DNA of 64,000 nucleotides. Source: Octopus vulgaris (Eukaryota). Position numbers and translations under genes: made by a program. Positions 23,521 to 36,914 of this stretch are shown here, in pieces. The notes beneath the pieces are model-generated. The model worked only from the letters and a program-made list of their open reading frames with translations. It was not told the origin of the DNA and made no database searches. Position 1 is the first letter of the stretch. Every line of letters begins with the position of its first letter. The stretch spans positions 117,490,001 through 117,554,000 of the forward strand of contig OX597823.1 of the NCBI GenBank assembly GCA_951406725.2, written 5' to 3'.

Positions 23521-23737
23521 CACAAAGGGGTACTGAAAAGTTCCTGGCTTTAAGGGTAGTATGAAAGGCCTGGTTAGAGGCCCAAATTTCCAAGTTCATT
23601 TACAGTGCTTACAAAAACTGATATACCACTGCAATAAGTATGTGAATCTGAGAGGGGAATATGTTGAATATAATCGTAATTAACTGATCCTCCTGTATTT
23701 TTTAACCCAAAGCTAAGAACTTTTTAGCACCCCTTCA
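23521..23737 (+). mobile_element. Internally deleted mariner (MITE)
   Basis: TIRs aggggtactgaaaagttcctggcttt / aaagctaagaactttttagcacccctt; retains C-terminal NLRGEYVE. Confidence 0.8.
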
Positions 23738-23757
23738 TATATGTATGTGTATAGATA

Positions 23758-24739
23758 CAGGGATTGGACAAAATAATGGAAACACCTTAAAATTTCAAGC
23801 AAAATTATTTTAATATGGGCTAGGACCGCCTTTGGCAGTAATTACTGCTTGAATCCTATGAGGTATGGACTCATACAAAGTTTCAATTGCTTCCAAGGGA
23901 ATTTTTGTCCATTCTTCAGCTAAAACAGTCTCCAGTTCTTGTAGTGATGATGGTGAAGGATCTTGACTCCTTACTTGTTTTTATAAAATGCACCATAAAT
24001 GTTCGATAATATTGAGATCTGGGGACTGTGGTGGCCAGATAAGATGTTCAACTTCATTAGAATGTTTCTCATGCCATTCAGTAATAACTTTAGCTGTGTG
24101 AATTTGTGCATTATCATTTTGAAAGATTGCATTTCCCTCTGGAAACAGTTCCGCAACCATAGGACAAATTTGATCAGATAAAATGCTTAAATAGTTTTGA
24201 CTATTAATTTTGCCATGAAGGGAAACCATTGGGTTGGCTGATTTCCAAGATATAGTCCCCCAGGTCATCACAGATCCTCCTCCATGTTTAACAGTTGGGT
24301 AGAAGGCAGTCTGGGTCAAATGCTTCTTTTGGCAGTCTCCGTGCATATATTTGGCCAGTGGTCAGAAATAAAGTAAAAGATGACTCGTCCAAGAAAATAA
24401 CATTCTTTCACTGCTCTAGGGACTAATTTTACTCCACTCTAAATGCTTTGCAATGTTTGGTTTTGAAACTAGTGGTTTTCTGATCACAGCCCTCCCATGA
24501 AAACTGGCTTTGTGCAACTCCTGGCAAACAGTTTTTATGGAAACTGGGTTCTCGGGGTGGTCATTAAGTTCTGTGGTAATTTTAGGAGCTGTACTTTTGC
24601 AATTTTAGTAAAACATATCAAGCAACACTAATAATAAATCAAAAAACATAAAAATAAACAAGCGTTTGATGGTTTTACAGATATTTCAAAATTATGATGC
24701 TACGATGCTAGGTGTTTCCTTTATTTTGTCCAACCCCTG
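23758..24739 (-). mobile_element. Tc1-like transposon, internally deleted
   Basis: TIRs cagggattggacaaaataatggaaacacct / aggtgtttcctttattttgtccaacccctg with TA ends; TVKHGGGSVM, FQNDNA, WPPQSPDLNIIEHLW. Confidence 0.93.
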
Positions 24740-24792
24740 TATATATATGTGTTGTATGTATATATAGATATACACATATACATACATATAAA

Positions 24793-26382
24793 CAGTATCT
24801 CACAGAAGTACGTACACTCCTAAAATATTAAAAAAAAATTGCCATTACTCTGATAATATCGAAGGAAATCAAACGAAATTTATAGTGAAAATAAAATATT
24901 ATGCATACAAACATTATACAAATTTGGAACACAAAACGATAAACATTTTCAAAGATTTGGATGAAATATTAATTTTCAAGCATTACAAAAATATGTACAC
25001 CCTAAAGGAAGTTTGCTATATTCAATATTTTATCCACTTTTTTATTAAATTCAGATATTGCTGATAATTTCAATTCTAATAAATTATTTCTCCTGGCATT
25101 TAAGCACCGGTCATTATTATTGCATCTGCAGGAATTCTGATCTGTGTACCATGTCATTAAAACGGCACCAAAAGGAAAGGAATTTTCCTAAGATTTGAAG
25201 AAAATAATTTTTAATTTGCACAAGAAGTTAATTAGCAAACAAATACGTATTAGTGTAAACACAGTTGCCAAAGTAATTCAGAAATACAAAGCTTTTGGAT
25301 GGCTAAGCACTAAACATCGTCCAGGTCATCCTATGGTAACTGTGCATGAGATTTTCTGCATCTAAGATCGTGTGATGGACAACAAGTGGTGAACCGCTTC
25401 ATCTTTGGCCCATGAAGTGTCTTCTGTTAGTGGAAAGAGTGTATCCACCCAAACAATTCACCAAAGTTTGAACCAGAGTGGTCTTCATGGATGCATTCCT
25501 CGTAAGAAACCTCTCCTCATTACCAGGCATAAATCAAGTCATCTTTCTTTTGCCAAAACCTATATGACTAAGAGGAAGGAGTTTTGGAATAAAATTCTTA
25601 TTTCTGACGAGACTGAAATCAACTTGTTTGGGTCAGATGGTATTAAATAAGTATGGCAATGACCAGGTGAAGATAATAGCGACAAATGCACCATGCCTAT
25701 CATGAAACACGGCAGTGGAAGTGTTATGCTTTCAGGATGCACGAGTGCAGTCGGTGTGGGAGGATTCACATTTATTGAGAGAACAATGAACTCAAGGCTT
25801 TATTGTGACATATTGCAGAAAACAATGTTGAAAAGCATGAAGGAACTAGGAAGACATTCCATGTTCCAACATGACCCTAAAAGATGATGACTAAGTTTTT
25901 ATCAGATAAAAAGGTAAAGGTATTGCCTTGGCCTACCATATCACCTGTTTTAAACCCAATAGAACATCTGTGGGGTGTTTTGAAAGGAAGGTTGAAGAGA
26001 AAAAACCTCACAATGTAATACAGTTGAAAGACATCATTCGGGATGAATGGAGGTCGATTTCATTGGTTCTATGTGGAAACTTAGTTGACTCTCTGCCCAG
26101 AAGACTTAATGCAGTCATTGAAAGCAAGGGTGGTCACACCAAATATTGAATATAGCAAATAATCCTTTAGGATTGTACATATTTTTGTATCATTTGAAAA
26201 TTAATATTTCATTCATATCTTAGAAAACATCAACTATTTTGTGTTCCAAATTTGTATAATGTTTGCATGAATAATATATTTTATCCAGTATAAATTTCAT
26301 TTGATTTCCTTTGATATGATCAGATTAATGACAATTTTATAGAAATTGTTTTTAAGGGTGTACATATTTCTGTAAGACACTG
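24793..26382 (+). mobile_element. Tc1-like transposon with long (~235 bp) IR/DR-type inverted repeats, decayed
   Basis: Long inverted repeats 24793..25030 and 26140..26382 with internally repeated tgtacacc motifs; RKKPLL, ISDETEINLFGSDG, MKHGSGSVM, FQHD, KGGHTKY. Confidence 0.93.
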
Positions 26383-26429
26383 TATATATATATCTTTATA
26401 ATATAATTTTTATAATGACCACCATAACC

Positions 26430-27575
26430 TCCAAACTGACACTAGCTCTAACGAAAATATTATGCCGTGTCAACCACCTCACAGATAGAAATTACTTAAT
26501 ACCTAATAACCAGGAAATTAATACTGATGCGGGGATGGAAAACATGCAATTGTCAATTAAAGGAGTCATGTCCATTAGCCAGTTCCTGTTTACGTAATAA
26601 TGTAGTATATAGGTGCTCTGTAGAAATCCCTGCTACACAGTGGGTAAGAATTTACATAGAAAGGACTGTAGATGTTAAGCATTGATATAGGGCCTATTTG
26701 AACTCTTTTACTGACACAATATATAAATCTTCCACACTGCTGGCTTCGTTTATACAAGAACTTAAGCTAAAAATATATACAATACTCATTTACTTGGTCA
26801 GTAATATCTGAAGAACCCCCATACAATTCAATCACGTGTGTATGTAAATTGGATATTAGATAGTCCATGAATATTCTTCACCAATATGGGCCTACATCAT
26901 TAAATAAGTTCTTGGAGGCTATATTTTCCTGTAACCATAGATATCATTCAACATTTAAATAGTTCGGTAAACCTAAATAAATTAACCATTTAATTTTTAA
27001 CTATCTATATTTCGATTAACTCTATACTCCTGCCATTCTGTAACTTCGTAATCGACCAATTATTACCTGTTTAACATTTATAACATTCCCTAAATTGCAT
27101 TTCCCATAATTCCTGTTATTCCTGTTAACAACTGCACCTCCCAATATAACTAAATCTCATTCTACCCAGGACAACGTAGCTCAAAATGTGAAATCCTGAA
27201 TAAGATACTCCCTGTGCAAGTATTCAATTTTCAGAATGAAAACACCCTTAAAATTTATGGATCACTGTACCCCTGAAAGAGGATTACCAGCAACATTTTA
27301 CCTTAACAACATTACTTATTCTCTCTGATTATTTACATATGTGTTTTGAAATGTTCCAACCTCAATGCTACGATGTTCTTTTATTCGCTCTTCAGATGAC
27401 TTTACTTTATTCACCTTTTTGTAAGAGCACGCTTTTATTCTTAATAATTTTTACAATGCCATTCTAGACTATTCACACTCATCTATTTATAAATGTGTAT
27501 CAGATTTTTATATATTTGTGCATTCATGAATTTTTAATATGTTTTGATATTTTAATGACTGATACATTGATATAT
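26430..27575 (+). mobile_element. Penelope-like element remnant: GIY-YIG endonuclease plus probable 3' region
   Basis: From 26545: CNCQLKESCPLASSCLRNNVVYRCSV...RIYIERT...LKLKYIQYSFTWSVISEEPPYNSITCVCKL...SLNK, the Cys-rich linker and GIY-YIG pattern of Penelope-like elements; stops present. Confidence 0.8.
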
Positions 27576-27651
27576 CTTAAAGACTGTTATGCATTGTTCT
27601 ATGGCAGAATATATGTATAAATAAATTGTTGAACATATCTGAAATTCTCCT

Positions 27652-27756
<105 letters not shown>

Positions 27757-27792
27757 TAAATGAAATAAAACATATGCATATATATAAACATA

Positions 27793-28600
27793 TATGTACG
27801 TACCTACCTCTACATGTACATATACACGCATATATGAGTACAGGACACCACAGGGACGTCGAACACAAAGAGAAACGAAAACAGACACAAACCAAAGGAA
27901 CAGGACATTTTTTTAAAAACAACAAAAAATGGAGTACAGGACAATTAACACAAAGAAAAAACCCCTTCTTCAGTTGCTATGGTTTCATCTACTCTACGTT
28001 TCGAAGGATAAAAGCGAGACGTATCTTCGACAAGAAACTTTCCTTCCTGCGAAAAGCAAATCAATTAAAATTCTGAGATCTTTTCGCAGAGGGGTAAAAA
28101 ATGGTTAAAAAATGGTAAAAAAACAGGACAGTAACGACAGTACAAAAATATAAACAGTAAAAGACAGGACAGGGAAAAACAAGATAAGAAGGGCTGTTGA
28201 CGCCGAACGAAAAAAGTATTGCAAACGCAGAATTTTTTGTGAACGACAGGGGAGCAGGAAGAATGTCGTCCAGTTACCTTGAAAGGCCAGGCCAGAAAGA
28301 CAGTCAGAGCGGATGTATCGTCGCGGGTGGACGACGGGAAGGAGGGAGGAGGAGCAAGAGGAAGGGAGAGAAGAAGGGGAATGGCTGCAAGGAAACCATG
28401 AAGAATGGTGAGGGGGAGAGAGAGAGTGAAGAATGAGAGAGAGAGGAAGAGACAAGTAGAGGAAAAAGAAAATAAAAGAATAAAAGAATAGGGATGGGAC
28501 AGAAAGGTGAAAAGTGCGCATCAGAGTTAATATCAAGACCAAAACTTGATATACAGAACAATCTTACTTAAGGGGGTGCGTGCGTTTAGTCATATAATAT
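27793..28600. mobile_element. Unclassified interspersed element between 41 bp direct repeats
   Basis: CpG-rich insert flanked by attaata(a/t)atgaaataaaacatatgcatatatataaacata at 27752 and 28601. Confidence 0.55.
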
Positions 28601-28729
28601 ATTAATATATGAAATAAAACATATGCATATATATAAACATAAGCAACTTATTTATAAATTTAGCCTTTAAAGGTATTTTTTAATATGCTGGCCACTGATA
28701 AAATTTTTTCGAAAATTTTATCCTATATT

Positions 28730-28761
<32 letters not shown>

Positions 28762-28805
28762 ACTTAGAGATTATTGTAATTTGTATAGATATATATACAT
28801 ATACA

Positions 28806-30092
28806 TTAGGTCATCCCATAAATAATGCAGTTTTTTCAATTGCATAAACTAAAAGTTGGAGGGGGATGGGATGAACTACCTGCATCAACTTGCTCTAAAA
28901 GCAGGTAGTATTTTTACCTTGGCCTTCTTCTTAGTGCAAGTTTTGAAGAGCACACTTCGATTTTAACAGTTATTTTTACAAAGCTATAATGGAAGTGACA
29001 AAAGAGCATATTTGGGGTATTTTTTCTTTATGAGTTCAATAAAGGCAACAATGGAATGGAAAGTGTAAGGAATATTAATGCAGTATATGGGGATCGAACA
29101 ATAAGCATAAGCCAGTATCAACGGTGGTTCCAGAAATTCTGAGCTGGAAACTATAGCCTCGAAGACGAGACTTGTCCTGTGAGATTTGTAAAGCTCAACG
29201 AGGACATCCTGCAAACCCTGGTGGAATAAAACCCCATTGTAACTGTTGAGGAATGAGCAGAGAAGCTTGGATTTGGTTGTTCAACCAGTCATCGACACCT
29301 GCGTGCCATCAGAAAAGTTAGCAAATTGGATCAATGAGTTCCTCACAAACTTTCTCAGTCTAATCGCATGCAGAGAATGAATGTGTGCTCTTCTTTGCTG
29401 TCACATCTCACAAATAAAACTTTTTTCAACCGAATAGTGACTGGTGACAAGAACTGGGTTCTCTATAAAAATGTCAAGTGCCAAAAACAGTGGGTGGGGA
29501 AAGGAGAAACACTGGCACCCCAGCTTAAAGAAAGTCTTCACCCATGTAAGGTATTCTTATCTGTTTGGTGGGATATAAAAGGTTTAGTTCACTTTGAACA
29601 TTTAAACCCAAATCAAATGATAACAAAGGAGATCTACTGTGAGTAGCTTGAGTGGTTTAAGTCAGCACTAGAAGAAAAATGACCATCTTTGGTTTCAAGA
29701 CGAAAGATGTTCTCCCATCAGGATAATGCTTAGCCACATACAGCAAGAATGACATTCCAAAGGGTGGAGTAGTTTGAATGGGAAACGATGCCCCACCCAT
29801 CATATTCTCTGGACATTTCCCCATCTGATTATCATTTATTCTGCAGTCTTCAAAATCATTTGAACAGAAAAATATGAATTGTGTAGATGAGGTTAGAACA
29901 GTACTGGAGGAGTATTTTTCGTTATGGACAAGGGAATTTTGGAAGAAGGACCTTGCAAGTCAACCAGATAGATGGAAGGACATTGTAGAAAATGAAGGAG
30001 AGTATATTTTAGGTTAAAATAGAACTCTGTGTATCTTAATTTTGAAAAATAAAAGGAGTATAAAAAAAAAACAGTATTGCTTGATGACCTAA
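28806..30092 (+). mobile_element. Full-length mariner, decayed
   Basis: TIRs ttaggtcatc.../...gatgacctaa; IVTGDKNWVLY, VWWD, HQDNA, PPYSLDISPSDYHLF; many stops. Confidence 0.92.
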
Positions 30093-30133
30093 TATATATA
30101 TATATAATTTCTTTTATCCAATTTGACATTAAC

Positions 30134-30186
<53 letters not shown>

Positions 30187-30747
30187 TGACCCTAATAGCA
30201 GCATCATCAGCAGCAGCTTCCCCAATGGCTACTACAGTAGCAGAGATGACTGTATCAATATTAGCAGCAGAAGTAGTGGCAGCACCATTGCTAGTGCTAA
30301 CAACAATAACAACACCAACAACAGCAATGGCAGTATCCCTAACAGAAATAAGAGCAGAACCATTGCCAATGATAAGTATAAAAGCAGTGACAACACCTCC
30401 TTCAACAACTATGACCATAACAACAACAGCACCATTACCAACGCCATTAGTAGTGACACCAACACCATCGCCACCTCCAGTGATGCCAACACCAACAGCA
30501 GCCATTCAAGAATTTGGACCTGGAGATCTTCATTTCCAGCAACTTTGAGGGCCACCTCCCAGTGGTGTTGGGCGTCAATGAAGAGCCCTCGACTACAACA
30601 AGACAACCAAAGATTTTTTGTTTTTTTTCCCAAGGTCTGGGGTCTCCCACCCCTAAGCCCTAGACCATCACCTAATCACCCTTATCAATCTTGTTGCTTA
30701 ACAACAACAACACCAACAGCAATGGTAGCAGCAGCATCAACACCAGC

Positions 30748-30920
30748 AGATGCGACATTGCCAACACCCAAACACAGAGATATTTTGAATGCTCTGGTAA
30801 CGCATTCAAGCAACGCCTCTCCAACCACAGATCCTCCTTCAGGATACCAGAAAGGAGACATGTTACATCATTAGCCAGCCATGTAAGGCAGCTGAAGGAC
30901 AATGGAATTCTATACATAAT
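30748..30920 (+). pseudogene. Penelope-like GIY-YIG fragment
   Basis: RCDIANTQTQRYFECSGNAFKQRLSNHRSSFRIPERRHVTSLASHVRQLKDNGILY matches the Y.G.T..FK.R..NH..SF....T.L..H...LK pattern. Confidence 0.72.
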
Positions 30921-30924
30921 ATCA

Positions 30925-32062
30925 CACACACACACACACACATGCATGCACATATATGTTCACACATACACACATATACACACACACATGCATGCATGAA
31001 TGCACATATATGTTCACACATGCATTTGTACAAACATACATACATACATACATACATACATACATACATACATGCACACCTACACAGAAACAGATACTCA
31101 CACATGCACATATTTACATACACACACATTTGTAAATATTATCACACACACACAACCATTCCCACATGTACACGTGTGCATACATAGACAACCTCACGCA
31201 TACATGCACATACAGCAACAAACAAACAGACAAGCACAACATGCACAAACGCACCTGTATACACATACACATATGCACACACTCTTGTACACATACATCA
31301 TTTATATACACTCACACACATGCATATTTACACACACGTACACAAAGAAACACACACAGACATACGCAACACAGACATGTAGACAGACACATACATAGAC
31401 ATCTATACATGCAGGCAGACACACACATACACAACCCTCACATATACAGATAGACACTGACACACACACACACACATGCATACATGACACAGACATACAC
31501 ACACCACTGTTTACTTGAACTCATATGCATACATACACCCATATACATACACATATACACATGCATTCACACACAGATAAACAGATACACAGCACATAGA
31601 CAGACAAATGGACACATTCCATCGTAGTGTATATGTGAACCAGACACACACATACACGCACACACACATACCCACACTGCTGCTTACATACACTCACATG
31701 CATACATACGCTCACATATATACATGCATTCATACACAGAGAAATATATGCAACACAGGTACACACATACAGACACATACATTCACAATTCACACATATA
31801 CAAACTGACACACATTCACTCATGATGCATACATGATGCACACACATACACACACATACATACATACATACATGCATCAATAACACATTTACATGGACTT
31901 GCATGCATACATACACACATACACACACAGACAGGCAATATACACAACACATAGGCACACACATACAGACATATGCACATACCATGCATACATACATTCA
32001 CAACTCAAACATACACAAACTGACATGCATTCAGTCGTGATGCACACATACACATGCACACA
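30925..32062. repeat. Degenerate (CA/TA)n microsatellite array
   Basis: Direct inspection. Confidence 0.95.
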
Positions 32063-32144
32063 ATAAGAATATTCCATCAGAGCTTCAATGTACTTTATTA
32101 TTCCAACATCAAACTGACAATCCAGAAATAAATTTTTCAGGGAC

Positions 32145-32224
32145 TTTTCTTCAAAGGGATCCTGATAGGGAGTTTTCTTCAAAGGGATCCTGATAGGGAG
32201 TTTTCTTCAAAGGGATCCTGATAG
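32145..32224. repeat. Three tandem copies of a 28 bp unit
   Basis: ttttcttcaaagggatcctgatagggag starting at 32145, 32173 and 32201. Confidence 0.95.
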
Positions 32225-32961
32225 AGTGCAAATTTTACACCATGCTATCTTTTAAAACCAAAATTAAAAGGATAATTAAGATTTGATAATTAGCAATATA
32301 GTCCACATCAGCAGCAGCTCCATTGCATAATTAAAAAGCGCTCATTAAATTTCAGTGCTGAGAACAAATTCTAACTTGCACCCTACCCCCTTTACTCTCT
32401 GTAAATGACAGGTGTTATTTTCTGAAAAAAAAAACATTAAAACAAATTTAAAAAATGCACCAGATTATTTTTTTCATTGCTACACAGATTTTCTGACAGC
32501 ATGAATAGAGGAGAAAATAAAAAAAGAACAATGAGATAAACAAAGAAAATTTATTTATTTGTATGGGTTTTCTGGATCTGAAAATATAAATATTTGATTT
32601 CATTGTGGGAGAAAGAGAATTATAGCTGTTTTGTTATGGAGTTGCAGAGGTCTGTATATATTTTCAAGATGTAACAATTGTTGTGTGTAAAATCATGAGA
32701 TTGTTTTTCTACATTGGAAAAATAATTGACTTTATTGCGCCGGTGCCTCATTAAGAGCACCTAGCACATATTGTAAAGTGGCTGGCATTAGAAAGGGCAT
32801 CCAACTATAGAAACTAAGCTAAATCAGACTGGAACCTGGTACAGCTCTCCTGCTTGCCAGTGGTGGTCCAACTATCCAACCCATGCCAGCATAGAAAACA
32901 GACATTAAATGATGATGATTATCCCAGACACTGGAATAATAAGACTTCACTAATTTGCAAT

Positions 32962-33002
<41 letters not shown>

Positions 33003-33164
33003 TAGTGTACATTTAAACACAAAAGAAAACTACCCCTTAATAGGTAAATTTTACATGCTAAAAATAGCAGCCAACACAGCCAAAACCATGATTTAATAGC
33101 AATTTTCGAAGGAATTGAAAAATAAAAACTTTTACCTTGTTATTTATTTTATTATTATTATTAT

Positions 33165-33229
<65 letters not shown>

Positions 33230-33234
33230 TATAT

Positions 33235-33543
33235 GCTGAGACCATGGGATTGCACCTAGAAAGTTACCCTCCCAGGCACAAGTCCGGGCAAGGTTGTTTG
33301 TGGAGGACCAGCAGTCGCCCATGCATACCAGCCTCCCCTCTCCGTGCCACCAGTGTTATCCAAGGGAAAGGCAAAGGGGCCGATACAGCTTGGCACCAGT
33401 GACGTTGCAACTCATTTCTACAGCTGAGTGAACTGGAGCAACATGAAATAAAGTGTCTTGCTCAAGAACACAACATGCAGCCTAGTCCGGGATTCAAACT
33501 CACAACCTCACAATCATAAGCTCGACACTCTAACCACTGAGCC
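33235..33543 (-). mobile_element. tRNA-derived SINE family 3 (CORE-like central domain)
   Basis: Minus-strand head tcagtggttagagtgtcg...gagtttgaatccc, then cttgagcaagacactttatttca; related copies at 47630..47876, 50505..50798 and 58855..59180. Confidence 0.8.
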
Positions 33544-33553
33544 TATATATATA

Positions 33554-33627
<74 letters not shown>

Positions 33628-33655
33628 TGTGTGTGTGTGTATGAATGTATGTATA

Positions 33656-34938
33656 CAGGGTGGGGAAGCAAAATTTACAATGAACATTAAGTTGCTTTTT
33701 CTCAGCAGGCACAAAGTCAATTGCTTTGAAACCTAGCATATGTTGATGTCATACTCATACCTGACACTATTATCGTTACCTTTTCAGAAACTTTTGCCCA
33801 TTTGAGTAATCAGGAAAGCAAATGTCAAAGAGTGTGTGATTTGCTGAATGCACTTGTCACACCAAAGGAGATTTCAAGGATAGTTGGAATGTCCATAAAG
33901 ACTGTTTATAATGTAAAGAATAGAATGACTATGAGCAAAACTATTACGAAGAAGTCTGGAAGTTGAGGAATGAACGTACCAAAGTTTTTATTAAAGCTCT
34001 CAAATCCAAAATCCTAAAGGATCCAACCAAATCCATGACAAAAATAGCAATTGAACTTGAGGTAGACAACAAGACCATTAGAAATGCAGTAAAATATGAT
34101 TCGAGGTTAAAATATTACACAAGAACACCAAAACATTTGTTGACAACAGCTATGAAGGAAAAGAGATTGGAAAGGTGCAAGAAAATTATTACATGGTTCA
34201 AGAAAAAGTCCTCCATTGTAACAATCTTTTCAGATGAGAAGATCTTCACTGTTGATGCTGTTCTGAACCGCAGAAATGACAGATTTATTGCAAAATCAAC
34301 AGCTGAGGTTAAAGGGACATTCAAAACAAAACATCCTGCTCAAGTTATGGCTTTTGGTGTTGTGGCTTCCGATGGAAAGAAAATGCGCATAAAATTCTAC
34401 AAAGCTGATGAAAAGATCAATGTTAATACTTGCTACAAGACTCTGAGATATGAGGTATTGCCATGGCTTAAAGCAAACTACCCAGATGGCAATTATGTAT
34501 GGACACAGGATGGTGCTCCAGCCCACACAGCTAGAAAAATACAAGATTTTTGCAAATCCAACTTTAGCAATCTTTTGGAATCATGTTTATGGTCGCCTTC
34601 TAGCCCAGATCTAAACTCTCTGGATTATGCTATTTGGGGCATTTTAGAACATGCTACCAATAGGACATCACACAGCAATGTCGACTCTCTTAAAGATACT
34701 ATTAAAGAAGAATGGGAGAAGTTGTCTCCCGAATATTTGAAGAACGCCTGTGCAAGCTTCAGGAAGCGTGTGAAGGCAGTTATTGAGAAAGAAGGGGGAC
34801 ACATAGAATAAAAGCATTTTCTATTATGTAAATTGTCTTGTGGCAAATAAATTCTCATGACTTTCAATAAACAAATTGGTCATACACTGTCTTTCAATCC
34901 CTGCCTCAAAATATTGCAAAATTTGCTTCCCCACCCTG
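33656..34938 (+). mobile_element. DD37D (maT-family) Tc1/mariner transposon, nearly intact
   Basis: TIRs cagggtggggaagcaaa / tttgcttccccaccctg with TA TSD; 37 residues between the Asp of QDGAPAH and the final Asp of SPDLNSLD. Confidence 0.95.
33801..34811 (+). pseudogene. DD37D transposase with a mutated start codon and a break near 33960
   Basis: Open 282-aa segment 33963..34811 with IFSDEK, TQDGAPAHT, SPDLNSLDY; the upstream HTH part (SNQESK...VYNVK...KSGS) ends in a stop. Confidence 0.88.
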
Positions 34939-34944
34939 TATATA

Positions 34945-35555
34945 TCATCATCATCATCATCGTTTAACGTCCGTTCTCCATGCTAGCATGGGTTGGGCGG
35001 TTCGACCGGGGATCTGGGAAGCCAGAAGGCTGCACCAGGCTCTGGTCTTATCTGGCAATGTTTCTACAGCTGGATGCCCTTCCTAACGCCAAACCACTCC
35101 GTGAGTGTAGTGGGTGCTTTTTACGTGCCACCTGCACTGGAGCCAGGTGAGGCTGGCATCGGCCATGGTCGGATTGGTACATTTTACGTGCCACCTGCAC
35201 GGAAGCCAGTCGAGGTGGCACTGGCTTCGGCCACGATTCAAATGGTGCTTTTTACATGCCACCGACACGGAAGCTAGTCGAGGCGGCGCTGGCATTGGCC
35301 ACAATTCGGATAGTGCTTTTTACGTATCCCCAGTCCAGGGATCCTGGCATCTGCCGGGTGCCAGTCATAGGATTGGTTCAATTTCGATTCCGATTTCGAT
35401 TTCACTTGCCCCAACAGGTCTTCGCAAGCAAAGGAGGGTTGGCATAGGTGTCTGTCGTCGGATGAGGTTCGATATCGACTTCGCTTGCCTCAACAGGTCT
35501 TTGTGTGTCCAAGGGAGGAAAGGCATGCATAAGTGGGCTGGACTCACTTGTCCTG
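34945..35555 (-). mobile_element. RTE-tailed element with ~60 bp tandem units
   Basis: Reverse complement of the 20380..20763 family, extended at the 5' end; related fragment at 62820..63000. Confidence 0.85.
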
Positions 35556-35606
35556 CCTATGTGCATGTGTGTGCATGTGTGTGTATACATAAATATATAC
35601 ATAATA

Positions 35607-36570
35607 CTAGCAAACACACCTGTGCTTTGGACAGCGTAATTTATCATAGTGGTATATTTCTTTGGACAGTTCAAGCTGAATTAGCCTGCAGTTAGAAGTC
35701 GTTTCAAGTTGATAAACATAAAATGTATAATTACCAATTGTGTTAGTAGTTTATTATATGGTATTAAGCAACCTAGGTAATGGATAAAGTTTTTTGCCCA
35801 CAAATTTGGCAGTTAGTAATAAATGAAATGAGATTGCAATTGCAGCAGGCATTAGAGATCCTATATCTTACCTGAAGCATTTTGTAGCATGTAGTTACTT
35901 TACTTGTAATGCCTGACACAACCACATTGAATCTTTGTTTCAATGAAAGTCATTTATAGCAACCACACAAATAGAATAACAGCAGGTACGAAAAGACATG
36001 TGAGAGCATGCTTATGAGTGAACAGCATGCGTGAAGTAAGAAGGGTCATTGAAGGAAATGTACTGTTGACAGCAATCAGGGAAATGAAGCAAAATACCGT
36101 TGAAAGGCTTTAGGAAGTCTGATTGCTAACGGCTAAGGTTTGGTGTAGATGTGAAGATTGCAGTAGAGGAGTAACTACTGTAGGGCTGCTTTGTAGACAA
36201 CATTTTTGGCTTTTCCTTCAGGAACATAGATGAATAAGCTGTCTAGATGGCCTACTCTGGAACAACCAATGTAGAACTGTCCATGGGAAAAGCACGACAT
36301 TTGAAGATCCAATCCAACAACTTTCAGCGACTGACCTTGTGTCTTGTTAATTGTCATGGTGAAACTGAATTTGAAAGGGAACTGAAATTTCCGCATATGG
36401 TAGGGGCAGTCTATTGGGGCTAGCAGAATTTTTGGAATGTCCCATGATAATTTGGGCTTCAATGATGTGGTCCATCATTTGTTTGACCACAAGGTGAGTT
36501 CCATTGCATAGTGTGGGTGCATTTAGATTGCATAGGAGGATGACAGGGCAAGGGACTTTTAAGTGAAGTT
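35607..36570 (-). mobile_element. Helitron 3' portion (PIF1-like helicase C-terminus, 3' hairpin and CTAG end)
   Basis: LCNGTHLVV, QFPFKFSFTMTINKTQGQSLKVVGLDL..CFSHGQFYIGCSRV, KNVVY; terminus ctgtccaaagcacag...CTAG|T at 35607. Confidence 0.9.
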
Positions 36571-36914
36571 AAAATGAAGTGAAGAAATTCTCAAAATCAT
36601 TTCCTGTTTATTTGTATCTAAAACATTCATATCAAAATATTGTTTTATTAGTTCCATCATCATCATCATCATCATCCTCATCATTTAAAGCTCATTTTCC
36701 ATGTAATGGGTTGAATGTTTTGGTAAGAGCCGACAAGCCAGAGGGCTGCACCAAACTCTGTTGCCTCCTTTAGCATAGTTTCTATGGTTGGATGCTCTTC
36801 CTGACACCAACCACTTTACGGAGTGTACAGGGTGCTTTTTACATGGCACCAGCACTGGCGGGGTCACCAATTAAATCAGCAGGATTGCAATGGGTGATAA
36901 ATATGCAAGACAGC

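Noticed and set aside
30077-30874. 265-aa Asn/Ser/Thr-rich ORF
   Set aside because: It crosses a mariner TIR, a TA tract, degenerate AAC/AGC repeats and an out-of-frame Penelope fragment.
32145-32224. 28 bp repeats (and the ~60 bp units at 20.4 and 35.1 kb) as a CRISPR-like array
   Set aside because: They are head-to-tail tandem repeats without unique spacers, in eukaryotic DNA with no cas genes.
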